In this document: piece by piece, positions 44,530 through 54,610 of the stretch
Layout of the letters: the number at the start of each line of letters is the position of its first letter
How positions within the stretch are numbered: the stretch's first letter is position 1
DNA from: Syntrophaceae bacterium UBA4810
GTDB lineage: Bacteria > Desulfobacterota > Syntrophia > Syntrophales > Smithellaceae
Direction of reading: 5' to 3'
NCBI GenBank assembly: GCA_002402545.1
Contig: DHGA01000061.1
Location: forward strand, 1,239-65,238
Length of the DNA stretch: 64,000 bases
Notes under the pieces: generated by a model
Seen by the model: the letters and a program-made list of their open reading frames with translations, nothing else
The model's database searches: none
What the model was told of the DNA's origin: nothing
Translations under genes and position numbers: made by a program

Positions 44530-45669
44530 ATGGCTTTTGAAATCTCCAGCGAACAAGAAATGATCAGGCTCATGGCGCGTGATTTTGCTAAAAAAGAGCT
44601 CGAACCTAAGGCGGCCGAATGGGACAGACACGGCATCTTTCCCCTGGAAGCAGTAAAAAAGATGGGTGATGTTGGGCTGTTGGGAATGATGGTCCCGCCG
44701 GAGATGGGCGGCTCGGGCGCCGGCGCGGTTGCCTACTCGCTGGCCTTGCAGGAAATCGCCTACGCCTGCGCATCAAGCGCCGTTACCATGTCGGTGGCCA
44801 ATCTCTCCACGGAGCCACTGCTTAAATTCGGCACCAAAGAGCAAAAAGAAAAATGGCTGACCGGATTGGCGGCTGGTTCCCTTCTGGGGGCATTCGCCTT
44901 GACGGAGCCGGGTGCTGGTTCCGACCCCGGTTCGATGACAACTACGGCCGTGTTAAAAAAAGATAAATACATACTAAATGGCTCAAAAGTATTTATCACG
45001 CACGGTCAACAAGCCGATTTAATTAATCTCATCGCCCGCACCGGTCAGGAAAAGGGAAGCCGGGGCCTTTCCGCTTTTCTCGTGGAAAAGGGAACGCCCG
45101 GTTTTAAGATAGGAACAAAAGAAGAAAAGCTGGGGCTGAGAGCGTCAAACACGGTAGAGCTTATTTTTGAAGACTGTGAAATTCCCGCGGCAAATTTATT
45201 GGGCAATCCAGGCGAAGGATTCAAGGTGGCCATGCTCGCGCTGGACAGCGGACGAATCGGCATCGCATCCCAGGCGGTGGGAATCGCCCGCGCCTGCCTG
45301 GACGAAGCGGTTTCCTACACAAAGGAACGGCGGCAGTTCGGAAAAACCATAAACTCTTTTCAGGCAATACAGTTCATGATCGCCGATGCCGCCACGCAGA
45401 TTGAAGCCGCATCCTGGCTTACGCTGGCGGCCGCAGACCGTAAAGACAGAGGCGTGAAATTCACTAAAGAAGCTTCCATGGCAAAGCTTTTCGCCTCGGA
45501 GGCGGCAAACGCGATTTCCTATATGGCGCTGCAGGTGCACGGCGGCTACGGATACACAAAGGACTACAAAGTGGAGCGCCTGTTCCGTGACGCGAGGGCC
45601 ACAACTATTTATGAAGGCACTTCAGAAATTCAGCGTATTGTCATCGCCAGAGAAATTATCAAGGAATAA
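44530..45669 (+). CDS. acyl-CoA dehydrogenase (short/butyryl-CoA type)
   Basis: ALTEPGAGSD, QVHGGYGY and YEGTSEIQR motifs. Confidence 0.9.
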   Translation: MAFEISSEQEMIRLMARDFAKKELEPKAAEWDRHGIFPLEAVKKMGDVGLLGMMVPPEMGGSGAGAVAYSLALQEIAYACASSAVTMSVANLSTEPLLKFGTKEQKEKWLTGLAAGSLLGAFALTEPGAGSDPGSMTTTAVLKKDKYILNGSKVFITHGQQADLINLIARTGQEKGSRGLSAFLVEKGTPGFKIGTKEEKLGLRASNTVELIFEDCEIPAANLLGNPGEGFKVAMLALDSGRIGIASQAVGIARACLDEAVSYTKERRQFGKTINSFQAIQFMIADAATQIEAASWLTLAAADRKDRGVKFTKEASMAKLFASEAANAISYMALQVHGGYGYTKDYKVERLFRDARATTIYEGTSEIQRIVIAREIIKE

Positions 45670-45705
45670 ATTTTTCAGAAAAATCAAGAACGGCAGCAGG
45701 CGAAC

Positions 45706-46257
45706 ATGAAAATTTTAATATTAAACGGTAATCCATCCGAAAAAGGCAAAGAAATTGACGGATACATTGAACGGCTGGCCGGCGGAATAAAAAATGCCGG
45801 ACACACTGTTCAGGTCTTCACTTTGCGGGATATGAAAATCACTCCTTGTCTGGGCTGTTTCGACTGTTGGGTTAAAACACCTGGTTTATGCAGCATCAAA
45901 GACGACGCTGTCGAAATAGCGAAGACATTCATCACGGCGGACCATGTAATCTTCTGTTCACCGCTGCTTATGGGTTTTGTGAGTTCTGTTTTGAAAAACG
46001 CGATGGACAGAAAGCTCCCTTTGATTCATCCCCATCTGGAAGAAATAGAAGGCGAGGTGCACCATAAAAAGCGTTACGACAAATATCCGCTTCTTTCCTT
46101 CCTCCTGGAAAAAGAAGAAGGCACTGATGAAGAAGACCTGTCAATCGTCACGGATATTTTTCGGCGCGAGTCAATTAATTTGAGATCCGCGTTGGGCTTT
46201 GTCCACGTGACCGATACACCCGTCAAGGAGATGCTCAATGAACTTGGTATTCATTAA
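45706..46257 (+). CDS. flavodoxin-fold NAD(P)H-dependent oxidoreductase (iron-sulfur flavoprotein-like)
   Basis: MKILILNGNP... and a CLGCFDCWVKTPGLC Cys cluster. Confidence 0.6.
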   Translation: MKILILNGNPSEKGKEIDGYIERLAGGIKNAGHTVQVFTLRDMKITPCLGCFDCWVKTPGLCSIKDDAVEIAKTFITADHVIFCSPLLMGFVSSVLKNAMDRKLPLIHPHLEEIEGEVHHKKRYDKYPLLSFLLEKEEGTDEEDLSIVTDIFRRESINLRSALGFVHVTDTPVKEMLNELGIH

Positions 46258-46894
46258 CGGTTCGCCGCGCACAACAAAAAGCAATACCGGAAAACTGATG
46301 GATCGTTTTCTCCGGGGTTTTCAGGAAACTGCCGGTAACACCTTTGATCAGGAATATTTGTTCAAGCACAGGAAATATTTCGGTCAGCTGGTGGAGAAAT
46401 TCGCGGCGGCAGAAAACGTAATTATCGGCTTCCCTCTCTATGTGGACGCGATGCCGGGAAGTGTTAAGGAATTCATTGAAGCGCTGGAGCCTCTTACCGG
46501 TAGAAAAAATCTACCCGCACTGGGGTTCGTTGTTCAGTGCGGTTTCCCGGAAACTGCGCATCTGCGCTTTGTGGCCAGATATTGTGAAAAGCTTGCGCGC
46601 CGTCTCGGCTGTCAACCTCTGGGCAGCATTCTGAAAGGCGGCTGCGAGGGTCTTGATGTTCAGCCAGATTTTCTGAAGGCCAAATACTTTTCTTCCTTCT
46701 ATGCCATCGGTGCCCATTTCGGCAAGACAGGCAATTTTGACGAAACCCTTCTTAAAAAACTAGCCCATCCGGAACACCTGAAAGCGGAAAACATGCTTCA
46801 GCTCATTCCGTTTATCAACCAGGGTTTATGGGACGCGCAGATGGAAAAAAACAACGTGCTGGATAAGAGCTTTGACCGGCCTCTGCTGCCTTGA
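46238..46894 (+). CDS. flavodoxin-fold NAD(P)H-dependent oxidoreductase
   Basis: VFINGSPR... N-terminus. Overlaps the upstream gene by 20 nt. Confidence 0.55.
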   Translation: MNLVFINGSPRTTKSNTGKLMDRFLRGFQETAGNTFDQEYLFKHRKYFGQLVEKFAAAENVIIGFPLYVDAMPGSVKEFIEALEPLTGRKNLPALGFVVQCGFPETAHLRFVARYCEKLARRLGCQPLGSILKGGCEGLDVQPDFLKAKYFSSFYAIGAHFGKTGNFDETLLKKLAHPEHLKAENMLQLIPFINQGLWDAQMEKNNVLDKSFDRPLLP

Positions 46895-46906
46895 AAATCA
46901 GGCTGG

Positions 46907-47929
46907 CTATTCCCGAATACGTTTTTTTAGTTCTTTAATCAGACTGTTGAGGACATCGCTCGCGTCAGCCACCATGGCAACATCGGCCATTTTCATCATC
47001 GTGGCCTGCGGGTTTTTATTGATGGCCACGATAAAATCCGCCTCGCCCAGTCCCGCCGTGTGCTGAATCGCGCCACTGATGCCGAAGGAAAAAAGAATTT
47101 TCGGTTTGATGTGCTTTCCCGCTTGGCCGACCAGTGCGTCATGATCCGCCCAGCCCGCGTAGACAACAGGCCGCGTCGCACCGACGCCGCCGCCTAAAAT
47201 TCTGGCCAGTTCATGAAGTTTGGCAAAATTATTTTTATTACCCATACCGCGGCCGCCGCAGACAATCACCTGCGCGTTTTCAATGGAATGCTCTTTTTCC
47301 GCGCAACGTTCATACTCGATAAGCCGTACACGCGGTTCGGGCAAATCCTTTATCAATGGCAGTCGCTCCACCTGCGCTTTGCGGCTGTTGTCATGCGGGA
47401 TTTCCTTAAACGTTCCGGGACGGACAGTCGCCATCTGCGGGCGGTGATATTCGGTGACGATTTCCGCCAGCATGTTGCCGCCGAAAGAAGGCGCGATCTG
47501 TACCAGCAGTCCCTCCGGGGAAATTTCCAAGCCGACGCAATCAGCCGACAAACCTGTTTTCAGGCGTTTGGCCAAACGCGGGGCGAATTCACGGCCGAAA
47601 TCCGTCGCGCCGATTAAAATTATTTCCGGATCACGCTCGCGGGCCAGATTTTCCATAATCACCAGATATTGCTCCGTGCTGTAACTTTTGAGCGCCGGGT
47701 CATCGATGGCCAGAATCCTGTCCGCGCCGTGCGCCGTGTATTCCATAATCCATTCGTTGATTTCATGGCCGAAGACCAGAGCGCACACTTCCGCGTTAAT
47801 GGCTTTGGCCAAATCCATCGCTTTGGAAATAAGCTGCAGCGTTACACGGTTCTGATAATAATTGCGGTAATCGCCGAAAACCCAGATGCTTTTCTTTTTA
47901 TTTTCCACGCGTGCGTTCTTTCCCTTCAA
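46907..47929 (-). CDS. etfA: electron transfer flavoprotein subunit alpha
   Basis: C-terminal FAD block (GGRG...SRP.VD.GW....QVGQSG-like, GISGAIQH). The start is uncertain: TTG at 47929 or GTG at 47908. Confidence 0.85.
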   Translation of the reverse strand: MKGKNARVENKKKSIWVFGDYRNYYQNRVTLQLISKAMDLAKAINAEVCALVFGHEINEWIMEYTAHGADRILAIDDPALKSYSTEQYLVIMENLARERDPEIILIGATDFGREFAPRLAKRLKTGLSADCVGLEISPEGLLVQIAPSFGGNMLAEIVTEYHRPQMATVRPGTFKEIPHDNSRKAQVERLPLIKDLPEPRVRLIEYERCAEKEHSIENAQVIVCGGRGMGNKNNFAKLHELARILGGGVGATRPVVYAGWADHDALVGQAGKHIKPKILFSFGISGAIQHTAGLGEADFIVAINKNPQATMMKMADVAMVADASDVLNSLIKELKKRIRE

Positions 47930-48734
47930 TCGATTTGCCGATTACCGTGCTGATTTTTCTTTCGTACTTATTGAGAAATTCATGGACCACATTTACCGCG
48001 ACGCCGGTGAAAAACTCGTTTTCTTTTTGTGTCTTTCGCAAAAACACCCGGCGGACTTTCGTCCGCGAGCCTTCCTTCTGGACATCCGCGGCGACAATAC
48101 CCAACGTGGCAGTATCCATAACTTTAATCTGGTTTTCGTCAAAGGCGCTTTGCAGTCCGCCCAAGCCCACGTAGCGCGGCAGATAATTTTCCATGGATAC
48201 GGTCACGAGCGCGGGGCATTCCATTTCCATCGTTTCGCGGAAATTATCGACGATACGCCGCACGCGCAGCGTCCTGCCGTTAACTTCAATTTTTTCCGCG
48301 TAAGCAACCGCGGGAAGATTCATTCTTTCCGCGAGCTGCGGCCCGACCTGCGCCGTTTCGCTGTCCGCGGTAAACGCGCCGCATAAAATCAGATCCGCCT
48401 TATCGCATTGTTTATTTATCGTCTGCGCGAGAATCCAGGATGTCGCGTAAGTGTCGGAGCCGGCCAAAATTTTATCACAGATTAAAATAGTGCTGTCCGC
48501 GCCCATCGCCAGCGCCTCATAAAGCACCTCTTTAGCCGCGGGAGGCCCCATCGTGATAACCGTAAGATGCGCGGAATGTTTTTCTTTTATTTGCAGCGCC
48601 GCTTCGAGGGCGTGCTTGCAGGCGGGATTCATCATTCCCGGCGCGAGATCACGCCTGAGTGTGCCGGTTTTTTCATCCCACGGAAGTTCCGTCACCATGG
48701 GAACCTGCTTTATGCAAACGACAAGTTTTAACAT
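47898..48734 (-). CDS. etfB: electron transfer flavoprotein subunit beta
   Basis: MLKLVVCIKQVP N-terminus and a ...DLILCG...D... block. Confidence 0.85.
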   Translation of the reverse strand: MLKLVVCIKQVPMVTELPWDEKTGTLRRDLAPGMMNPACKHALEAALQIKEKHSAHLTVITMGPPAAKEVLYEALAMGADSTILICDKILAGSDTYATSWILAQTINKQCDKADLILCGAFTADSETAQVGPQLAERMNLPAVAYAEKIEVNGRTLRVRRIVDNFRETMEMECPALVTVSMENYLPRYVGLGGLQSAFDENQIKVMDTATLGIVAADVQKEGSRTKVRRVFLRKTQKENEFFTGVAVNVVHEFLNKYERKISTVIGKSIEGKERTRGK

Positions 48735-48740
48735 GAAAAC

Positions 48741-49874
48741 CTACAGTGTCAGTTTTGACAGTACCGCGCGCGCGATGACCATGCGCTGAATTTCGCTCGT
48801 GCCTTCATAAATCTCCGTTACTTTGGCGTCGCGGAAATATCTTTCCACATCGTATTCCTTACTGTAACCGTAACCGCCGTGAATCTGCACAGCCAGTGAT
48901 GTTGTCTTGGACGCAAGCGTACTGCAATAAAGTTTTGCCATCGCCGCTTCGCAGCCGTAAGGCTCGCCCGCGTCTTTTAGCTCGCAGGCGCGGTATAAAA
49001 GCAGGCGCGCCGCCGCCTGCTCGGTCGCCATATCGGCAATATAATTTTGAATGGTCTGGAGCGAGGCAATCGGCTTTTTAAACTGCTGTCTTTCCTTGGC
49101 GTATTTTACCGCCGCTTCAAACGCGCCCTGAGCGATGCCCAAAGCCTGCGCCGCCACGCCGATGCGGCCGTTATCCAGCGTGGTCATACCGATTTTCATT
49201 CCCATGCCCAGTTTGCCCAGAATATTTTCTTCCGGCACGCGGCAGTTTTCAAAAAAAAGTGAAGAGACGGGATTGGCGCGCATGCCGCAGAGGTCTTCAA
49301 GCTCGCCGCGCAAGAAACCTTCGCAGGAACTCTCCACGATAAACACGGAGCTTTGCAGTTGCTTCTGATCGGAATTAGTCAGCGCGAAAATCAGCGCCAA
49401 ATCACAAATGCCGCCGTTGGTGACAAAAATTTTTGTACCGTTTAAAACATAACCCTTGCCGTCTTGCACCGCCGTGGTTTCCACGGAACCAGCGTCGGAG
49501 CCGGCATTGGCTTCCGTAAGGCTAAACGCGCCGATCATTTCCCCGCTGGCCAGCTTGGGCAGATAGTGTTCATTTTGTTTTTTGTTGCCGAACTGCAGAA
49601 ACGGAAAAACAGCAACACCGTTGTGCACGGTAACACACAGGCCCACCGCCGCGCATACGCGGGAAAGCTCTTCCACCACAATGGCCGCGCTAACCGAGTC
49701 CAGCGCCGCGCCGCCGAATTCCTTCGGAACCTGCAGACCGAAATAGTTAAGCTTTTTCATTTTTTCGGCCACCGCAGTTGGAAAGGTGGCGTTTTTGTCA
49801 ATTTCCGCAGCAATCGGTGCCAATTCTGTTTCCGCGAAATGGCGCGCGGAATCGCGGATAAGTTTGTGTTTCAT
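48741..49874 (-). CDS. acyl-CoA dehydrogenase
   Basis: SLTEANAGSD, QIHGGYGY and YEGTSEIQR motifs. ATG at 49874 is preferred over the TTG at 49892. Confidence 0.9.
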   Translation of the reverse strand: MKHKLIRDSARHFAETELAPIAAEIDKNATFPTAVAEKMKKLNYFGLQVPKEFGGAALDSVSAAIVVEELSRVCAAVGLCVTVHNGVAVFPFLQFGNKKQNEHYLPKLASGEMIGAFSLTEANAGSDAGSVETTAVQDGKGYVLNGTKIFVTNGGICDLALIFALTNSDQKQLQSSVFIVESSCEGFLRGELEDLCGMRANPVSSLFFENCRVPEENILGKLGMGMKIGMTTLDNGRIGVAAQALGIAQGAFEAAVKYAKERQQFKKPIASLQTIQNYIADMATEQAAARLLLYRACELKDAGEPYGCEAAMAKLYCSTLASKTTSLAVQIHGGYGYSKEYDVERYFRDAKVTEIYEGTSEIQRMVIARAVLSKLTL

Positions 49875-50150
49875 GCAGGGATTAAATTGCAAAACGCGGG
49901 CTCCACTATAATTTTATCTGCGTCAAATAACTTAAAATCAGCGTAAAATCAAGGAAATGAATATGGTTTTCTATGTGTTAAGGCGCGCGTAATGCGCCTT
50001 GATACATTTTACCTAATCCGTCAATTTTTTCGATTACCGGCTCTTAGATACCTGTTATTATTATTGATATAATTTGTTTGTTGGTCTACCCGGGAAACAA
50101 TCGTATTTTTAATGCTTACGGCTTTTTTCCCATTAGCATCCGTGTGGTCA

Positions 50151-50456
50151 TCAAATCGCTTTTGCTTTTTCCTGATTTAAGTAATAGCGCCCATCTTCGG
50201 TACGGCAAACAGCCTCGCTGATAACCAGCATCTCCAGAGCTTTTGGCCGGTAATCGCGATACCCAATTTTGAAATATTCAGACTTATCATACTGTAATGC
50301 AACAGCTTTTGCTTCATTGACCGCGCCTTTTGTTTCCAATTCCCGCATGATTGCCAGGCATATTTTCTTAGTCCACCAGCCTGTCCCGAGCATCGCCAGG
50401 ATTAAAACAATGAGCAGTGCTAACATACCAAGAATGATTTGCGTTGATTCGGGCAT
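50151..50456 (-). CDS. hypothetical membrane-anchored protein
   Basis: One N-terminal TM. 101 aa. Confidence 0.45.
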   Translation of the reverse strand: MPESTQIILGMLALLIVLILAMLGTGWWTKKICLAIMRELETKGAVNEAKAVALQYDKSEYFKIGYRDYRPKALEMLVISEAVCRTEDGRYYLNQEKAKAI

Positions 50457-50651
50457 AATTTACGTTCTCTGAGAATAATTTTTAACTTTTTAAACAATTT
50501 AATTACATGAAGCAAGACATTTGTCATAACCTGGGCAATAATTTTTTCCTTTTTTAGCGCTGTCATAAAATATTGCTTTTTTCATTATACTTGCTATATT
50601 ACCTAGCAAAGCTTCATAAAATCCTTATTCAGCAATCAAAGAGGAGGGAGT

Positions 50652-51452
50652 ATGAAAAAGAAAAAACCAGCAAAAAAGAAAGTGCCGGCAAAGAAAAAAG
50701 CTAAAGCGTTAAAAAAATCAAAACCCATCAAAAAGAAAAAAGTCGTTAAAAAAGCGGCGGCTCCAAAAAAGAAAAAGGTTGTAAAAAAAGTCAAAGCGGT
50801 CAAAAAGGCCAAACCTGTTAAAAAAGCAAAGGCCGCTAAAAAGGCGAAACCAAAGAAAGCCGCTGTGTCCAAAAAAGCAAAGGCAAAAAAAGTCGCTAGT
50901 CCTAAAAAAGCAATTGCCAAAAAGGTGAAAGCGGTTAAAAAGCCCGCTGTGAAAAAGGCGGCCGCTCCAAAAACAAAAGTATCGCTGCCCGCGACGCCTG
51001 CTGTGCAGGATTTACAAAGACAAAAAGCGGTCTTCACGTTATGTTCCTGCCAGATGGCAGATCCGTGGTCCATAGAGCAGCAGGCGGCAGAATTAAAAGT
51101 TGATCCGCATTGCATTATCCAAACATTGGTTATGGAAGACGAAGTCGGCAAACCAATGCTGGTGTTGATGCACGGTGATCAGGAAGTTTCTCCGGAAGAG
51201 CTGGCCGCGACCATCGGAGCTCGGCAGATTGCGGCGTGCAATGAAGAACTGACTGAGGTGCACACCGGCTATGAAAGAGGCGCGATTTCTCCTTTCGGCA
51301 TCCAGAAAGTAATGCCCGCTTTTATGGAAAAATCTATCGCCATGATGCCCGAAATTTATGTGGGCGCGGGGCAGCGCGGGCTTCTGGCAAAGATGAAACC
51401 TGGCGAACTTATTGAGAAATTAAAACCTTTTATGGTGAGCATCGCCAAATAA
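50652..51452 (+). CDS. ybaK: Lys/Ala-rich histone-H1-like N-terminal tail fused to a YbaK-type aminoacyl-tRNA deacylase domain
   Basis: About 115 aa of KKAxKK repeats, followed by ...TGYERGAISPFG...IYVGAGQRGL as in YbaK/EbsC. Confidence 0.7.
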   Translation: MKKKKPAKKKVPAKKKAKALKKSKPIKKKKVVKKAAAPKKKKVVKKVKAVKKAKPVKKAKAAKKAKPKKAAVSKKAKAKKVASPKKAIAKKVKAVKKPAVKKAAAPKTKVSLPATPAVQDLQRQKAVFTLCSCQMADPWSIEQQAAELKVDPHCIIQTLVMEDEVGKPMLVLMHGDQEVSPEELAATIGARQIAACNEELTEVHTGYERGAISPFGIQKVMPAFMEKSIAMMPEIYVGAGQRGLLAKMKPGELIEKLKPFMVSIAK

Positions 51453-51502
51453 CGCGCGGATGTTTTTGGCTATATTGATTCAGTGCCGCAGGTGACAAAT
51501 GT

Positions 51503-52060
51503 ATGCCGGACAACGTTATTATCCGCTGTCTCAAATGCGGAACGAAAAATCGCATACCAAACAAAAAATTTCAGGGGCGTTCCGTATGCGGCAAATGCGG
51601 CACGCCGCTGGATGAATTGATTATCCCATGCCTCAAGTGCGGGACAAAAAACCGCGTGGCGGAAGATAAGCTTAACAAAAAACCATTGTGCGGCAAATGC
51701 GGCGATCCGCTGGTGGTAACACAGCAAAAACCCAAACCGCTTGACGTTACAGATAACACCTTCGCGCGTGAAGTATTGGCTTCCGATATTTCCGTGCTCG
51801 TCGATTGCTGGGCGCCCTGGTGCGGACCTTGCCGCGCCTTGTCGCCCATAATCGATGAACTCGCCTCCGATTACGTAGGCGGCGTCAAGGTTGCCAAGCT
51901 AAACGTAGACGAGAATCCGCTGACTGCTTCGCAATACGGCATCCAAAGCATCCCGACAATGCTTTTTTTTAAAGAAGGAAAGCTGGTGCAAAGACTGACC
52001 GGCGCGCTCCCAAAAGAAGAAATTGAAAAAAATTTACTGAGCATCATCAAAACAAACTGA
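51503..52060 (+). CDS. thioredoxin (Trx2-like) with two N-terminal zinc-ribbon repeats
   Basis: CLKCGTKNR...CGKCG occurs twice, followed by WAPWCGPC. Confidence 0.85.
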   Translation: MPDNVIIRCLKCGTKNRIPNKKFQGRSVCGKCGTPLDELIIPCLKCGTKNRVAEDKLNKKPLCGKCGDPLVVTQQKPKPLDVTDNTFAREVLASDISVLVDCWAPWCGPCRALSPIIDELASDYVGGVKVAKLNVDENPLTASQYGIQSIPTMLFFKEGKLVQRLTGALPKEEIEKNLLSIIKTN

Positions 52061-52077
52061 TTGCGGACGCCCTCTTC

Positions 52078-52611
52078 ATGGAAAACAATAAACCTTCCCG
52101 TGTTTACCGTTGCAAAATATTCGATGTTTATGAAGAAGATGTGGCGCTGCCCAATGGTCAATCCATTAAACAGACCTGGATTGACCACAAACCAACCGTG
52201 GCAATCATTCCGATAAATGAAAAAAACGAAATCTTTTTGGTAAAACAATACCGCGTAGCCGTGAAAAATCAACTGCTGGAAATTCCCGCCGGAGCTTTTA
52301 ACGACCATGACGAACCTGCCGAAGAATGCGCGCAAAGAGAGCTCGCGGAAGAAACGGGTTTTCGCGCCGGTAAAATGACCCGACTTTACGAAGGCTATTT
52401 GCTTGCCGGATACTGCAATGAATATATGTATTTTTTCCTCGCTTCCGACCTTGTTTACGCACCACTTAAACCCGATGAGGATGAATTTATCGAAGTCGTT
52501 CCGAAAAAACTTTCCGATTTAGAGGCGATGCTGAAAAAAGGCGAAATAGCCGACACAAAAACCGCGCTGGGCATACTCCTAACTTCAAATTACTTTAATA
52601 ACCATAAATAA
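52078..52611 (+). CDS. NUDIX hydrolase (ADP-ribose pyrophosphatase-like)
   Basis: Nudix box: GAFNDHDEPAEECAQRELAEETGF. Confidence 0.8.
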   Translation: MENNKPSRVYRCKIFDVYEEDVALPNGQSIKQTWIDHKPTVAIIPINEKNEIFLVKQYRVAVKNQLLEIPAGAFNDHDEPAEECAQRELAEETGFRAGKMTRLYEGYLLAGYCNEYMYFFLASDLVYAPLKPDEDEFIEVVPKKLSDLEAMLKKGEIADTKTALGILLTSNYFNNHK

Positions 52612-52712
52612 ATAGACGCCCTTTCGCGCAGGAAAGATTCTTGCCAGAGCAACAAAGTTTTGTTAGACTTTATTCATAATTGTTCTTTACGACGAAGAGA
52701 CTAAACTAACAC

Positions 52713-52805
52713 GTCTTTGCGAGGGAAAGCAGAGACCGAAGCAATCTCGTATTTAACTGATGTATAATGGATTGCCACGCTCCCCTTGGTCGCTCGCAAT
52801 GACAA
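52713..52805. repeat. degenerate hairpin repeats of the '...GCAATGACAA / GAAGCAATC' family
   Basis: GTCTTTGC-gagggaaa-GCAGAGAC + CGAAGCAATCTCG; GGATTGCCACGCTCCCCTTGGTCGCTCGCAATGACAA. Confidence 0.5.
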
Positions 52806-52845
52806 ACAGTTACTGATATATTATTAAATAAAGGGAGGCCCTTCC

Positions 52846-54141
52846 ATGTTCTACAACGAAGAATTTGAAACCCTGCCCCGCGAAGCGCTCAAAGCACTGC
52901 AGCTCAAAAGACTCCAGCAGGTTATGCAGCGTGTTTATCACACGGTGGGATTTTACAAAAAATCATTCGATGCCGCTCAAATCAAGCCTTCGGATATAAA
53001 ATCGATGAATGATTTGAAAAAACTGCCGTTTATCACCCGCAAGGACATGAGCGATAACTACCCCTATGGAATGTTTTCCGTCCCGATGGGCAGCATCGTT
53101 AGGCTTCACGCCTCTTCCGGCACTACCGGCCGCTCCGCAGTTTTCGGTTATACAAGACACGATATTGAAACATGGTCGGATCTGGTCGCGCGCTGCCTGG
53201 TTGCCGCGGGCATTACCAAAAATGACATTATCCACAACGCTTTTTCTTACGGCTTATTTACCGGCGGCCTGGGTCTGCACTACGGCGCGGAAAAGATTGA
53301 CGCGAGCGTTATTCCGATTTCCGGCGGCAACGCCAAACGGCAACTGATGATTCTGCGTGATTTCGGCCCCACGGTAATATGCTGCACGCCTTCATACGCG
53401 CTGCATCTGGCGCAGGAAGCTAAAACGATGGGTATGGATTTAAAATCATTCAAACTGCGCGTGGGCATTTTCGGCGCGGAGCCGTGGAGCAAAGCCATGC
53501 GCGAGGAAATCGAAAAAACTTTTAGCATCACCGCGCTGGATATTTACGGCCTTTCCGAGGTCATCGGCCCAGGGATCGCGATAGAATGCATCGAAGCGCA
53601 TAACGGCATGCATATTTTCGAAGACCATTTTATCGTCGAAACAATCAATCCGCAAACGGGAGAAGTTCTTCCGGAAGGCCAGGAAGGAGAACTTGTTTTC
53701 ACTTCTCTTTCGCGCGAGGCAATTCCGCTTATCCGCTACCGCTCCGGAGATATCTCCAGGCTGATCACCGAGCCGTGCCGTTGCGGGCGCACGCATATCA
53801 AAATGGAAAGAGCGCTCAAAAGAAGCGACGATATGCTGATCATCAGCGGTGTCAATATTTTCCCCGCGCAGATCGAAGCGATTCTGGTGGAGATCGAAGG
53901 CCTTGAGCCGCGCTATCAGATTATTGTAGATAAAGCAGGCGCTCTGGACGCGCTGGAGCTGCAAGTGGAAGTCAGCGATAAAATTTTCAGCGATTCTGGC
54001 AGCGTCAAGGAACTGCAGAAAATTGAACAGCGCATTGTCAAAGACATGCAGGATTATCTGGGCGTCGAGCCGCGCGTGAAGCTTGTGGGGCCCAATACGC
54101 TAAAAGCAGGCGATAAGGTAATCGACAAACGCCGTATGTAA
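52846..54141 (+). CDS. paaK: phenylacetate-CoA ligase family (PaaK-like)
   Basis: SSGTTG, YGLSE and the overall PaaK pattern ([15 protein letters not shown]...). Confidence 0.85.
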   Translation: MFYNEEFETLPREALKALQLKRLQQVMQRVYHTVGFYKKSFDAAQIKPSDIKSMNDLKKLPFITRKDMSDNYPYGMFSVPMGSIVRLHASSGTTGRSAVFGYTRHDIETWSDLVARCLVAAGITKNDIIHNAFSYGLFTGGLGLHYGAEKIDASVIPISGGNAKRQLMILRDFGPTVICCTPSYALHLAQEAKTMGMDLKSFKLRVGIFGAEPWSKAMREEIEKTFSITALDIYGLSEVIGPGIAIECIEAHNGMHIFEDHFIVETINPQTGEVLPEGQEGELVFTSLSREAIPLIRYRSGDISRLITEPCRCGRTHIKMERALKRSDDMLIISGVNIFPAQIEAILVEIEGLEPRYQIIVDKAGALDALELQVEVSDKIFSDSGSVKELQKIEQRIVKDMQDYLGVEPRVKLVGPNTLKAGDKVIDKRRM

Positions 54142-54168
54142 CAATATTACAGAAAGGGGTGGTAGGCC

Positions 54169-54600
54169 ATGAAAGTCGAACAAATATCAGTATTTCTGGA
54201 AAATAAACCCGGCACTCTGCAGCAGGCAACGCGCGTGCTTATGGATGCCAATATCAATATCCGCACTCTGTCCGTCGCGGAAACGGCGGATTTCGGCATT
54301 TTACGCTTAATCGTCAATGATGTGGAAAAAGCAAATACGGTACTTAAAGAAAATGGCTTTCAGGTCAGTAAAACTCCTGTGGTCGCCGTGGAAGTCCCGG
54401 ATAAACCGGGCGGACTGCACAGCGTGATGGAAGCCGTCTCCCGGGAAGGGGTGAACGTGGAATACGTTTACGCCTTTGTGGAAAAAAGCGGTGAAAACGC
54501 CGTCATCATCTTCCGTTTTGATAACCCGGAAAAAGCCATCGAGATTTTAACTAAGAAAAATTTCACGGTCGTACCGGGCAAAAAGCTCTACGAATTCTAG
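54169..54600 (+). CDS. ACT domain protein
   Basis: Two ACT-like halves. Typical partner downstream of paaK-like genes. Confidence 0.75.
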   Translation: MKVEQISVFLENKPGTLQQATRVLMDANINIRTLSVAETADFGILRLIVNDVEKANTVLKENGFQVSKTPVVAVEVPDKPGGLHSVMEAVSREGVNVEYVYAFVEKSGENAVIIFRFDNPEKAIEILTKKNFTVVPGKKLYEF

Positions 54601-54610
54601 ATATGTTTTT

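Noticed and set aside
47898-47929. The 32-nt etfB/etfA overlap as a frameshift or fusion
   Set aside because: It is most simply explained by start-codon choice. A GTG at 47908 with an AGGGA RBS shortens the overlap to 11 nt, and both proteins are full length.
50652-51000. AAA/AAG-rich repetitive DNA as a tandem repeat or mobile remnant
   Set aside because: It is in frame with, and continuous with, the YbaK domain behind a strong GGAGGGAG RBS. It is a coding Lys/Ala-rich tail.
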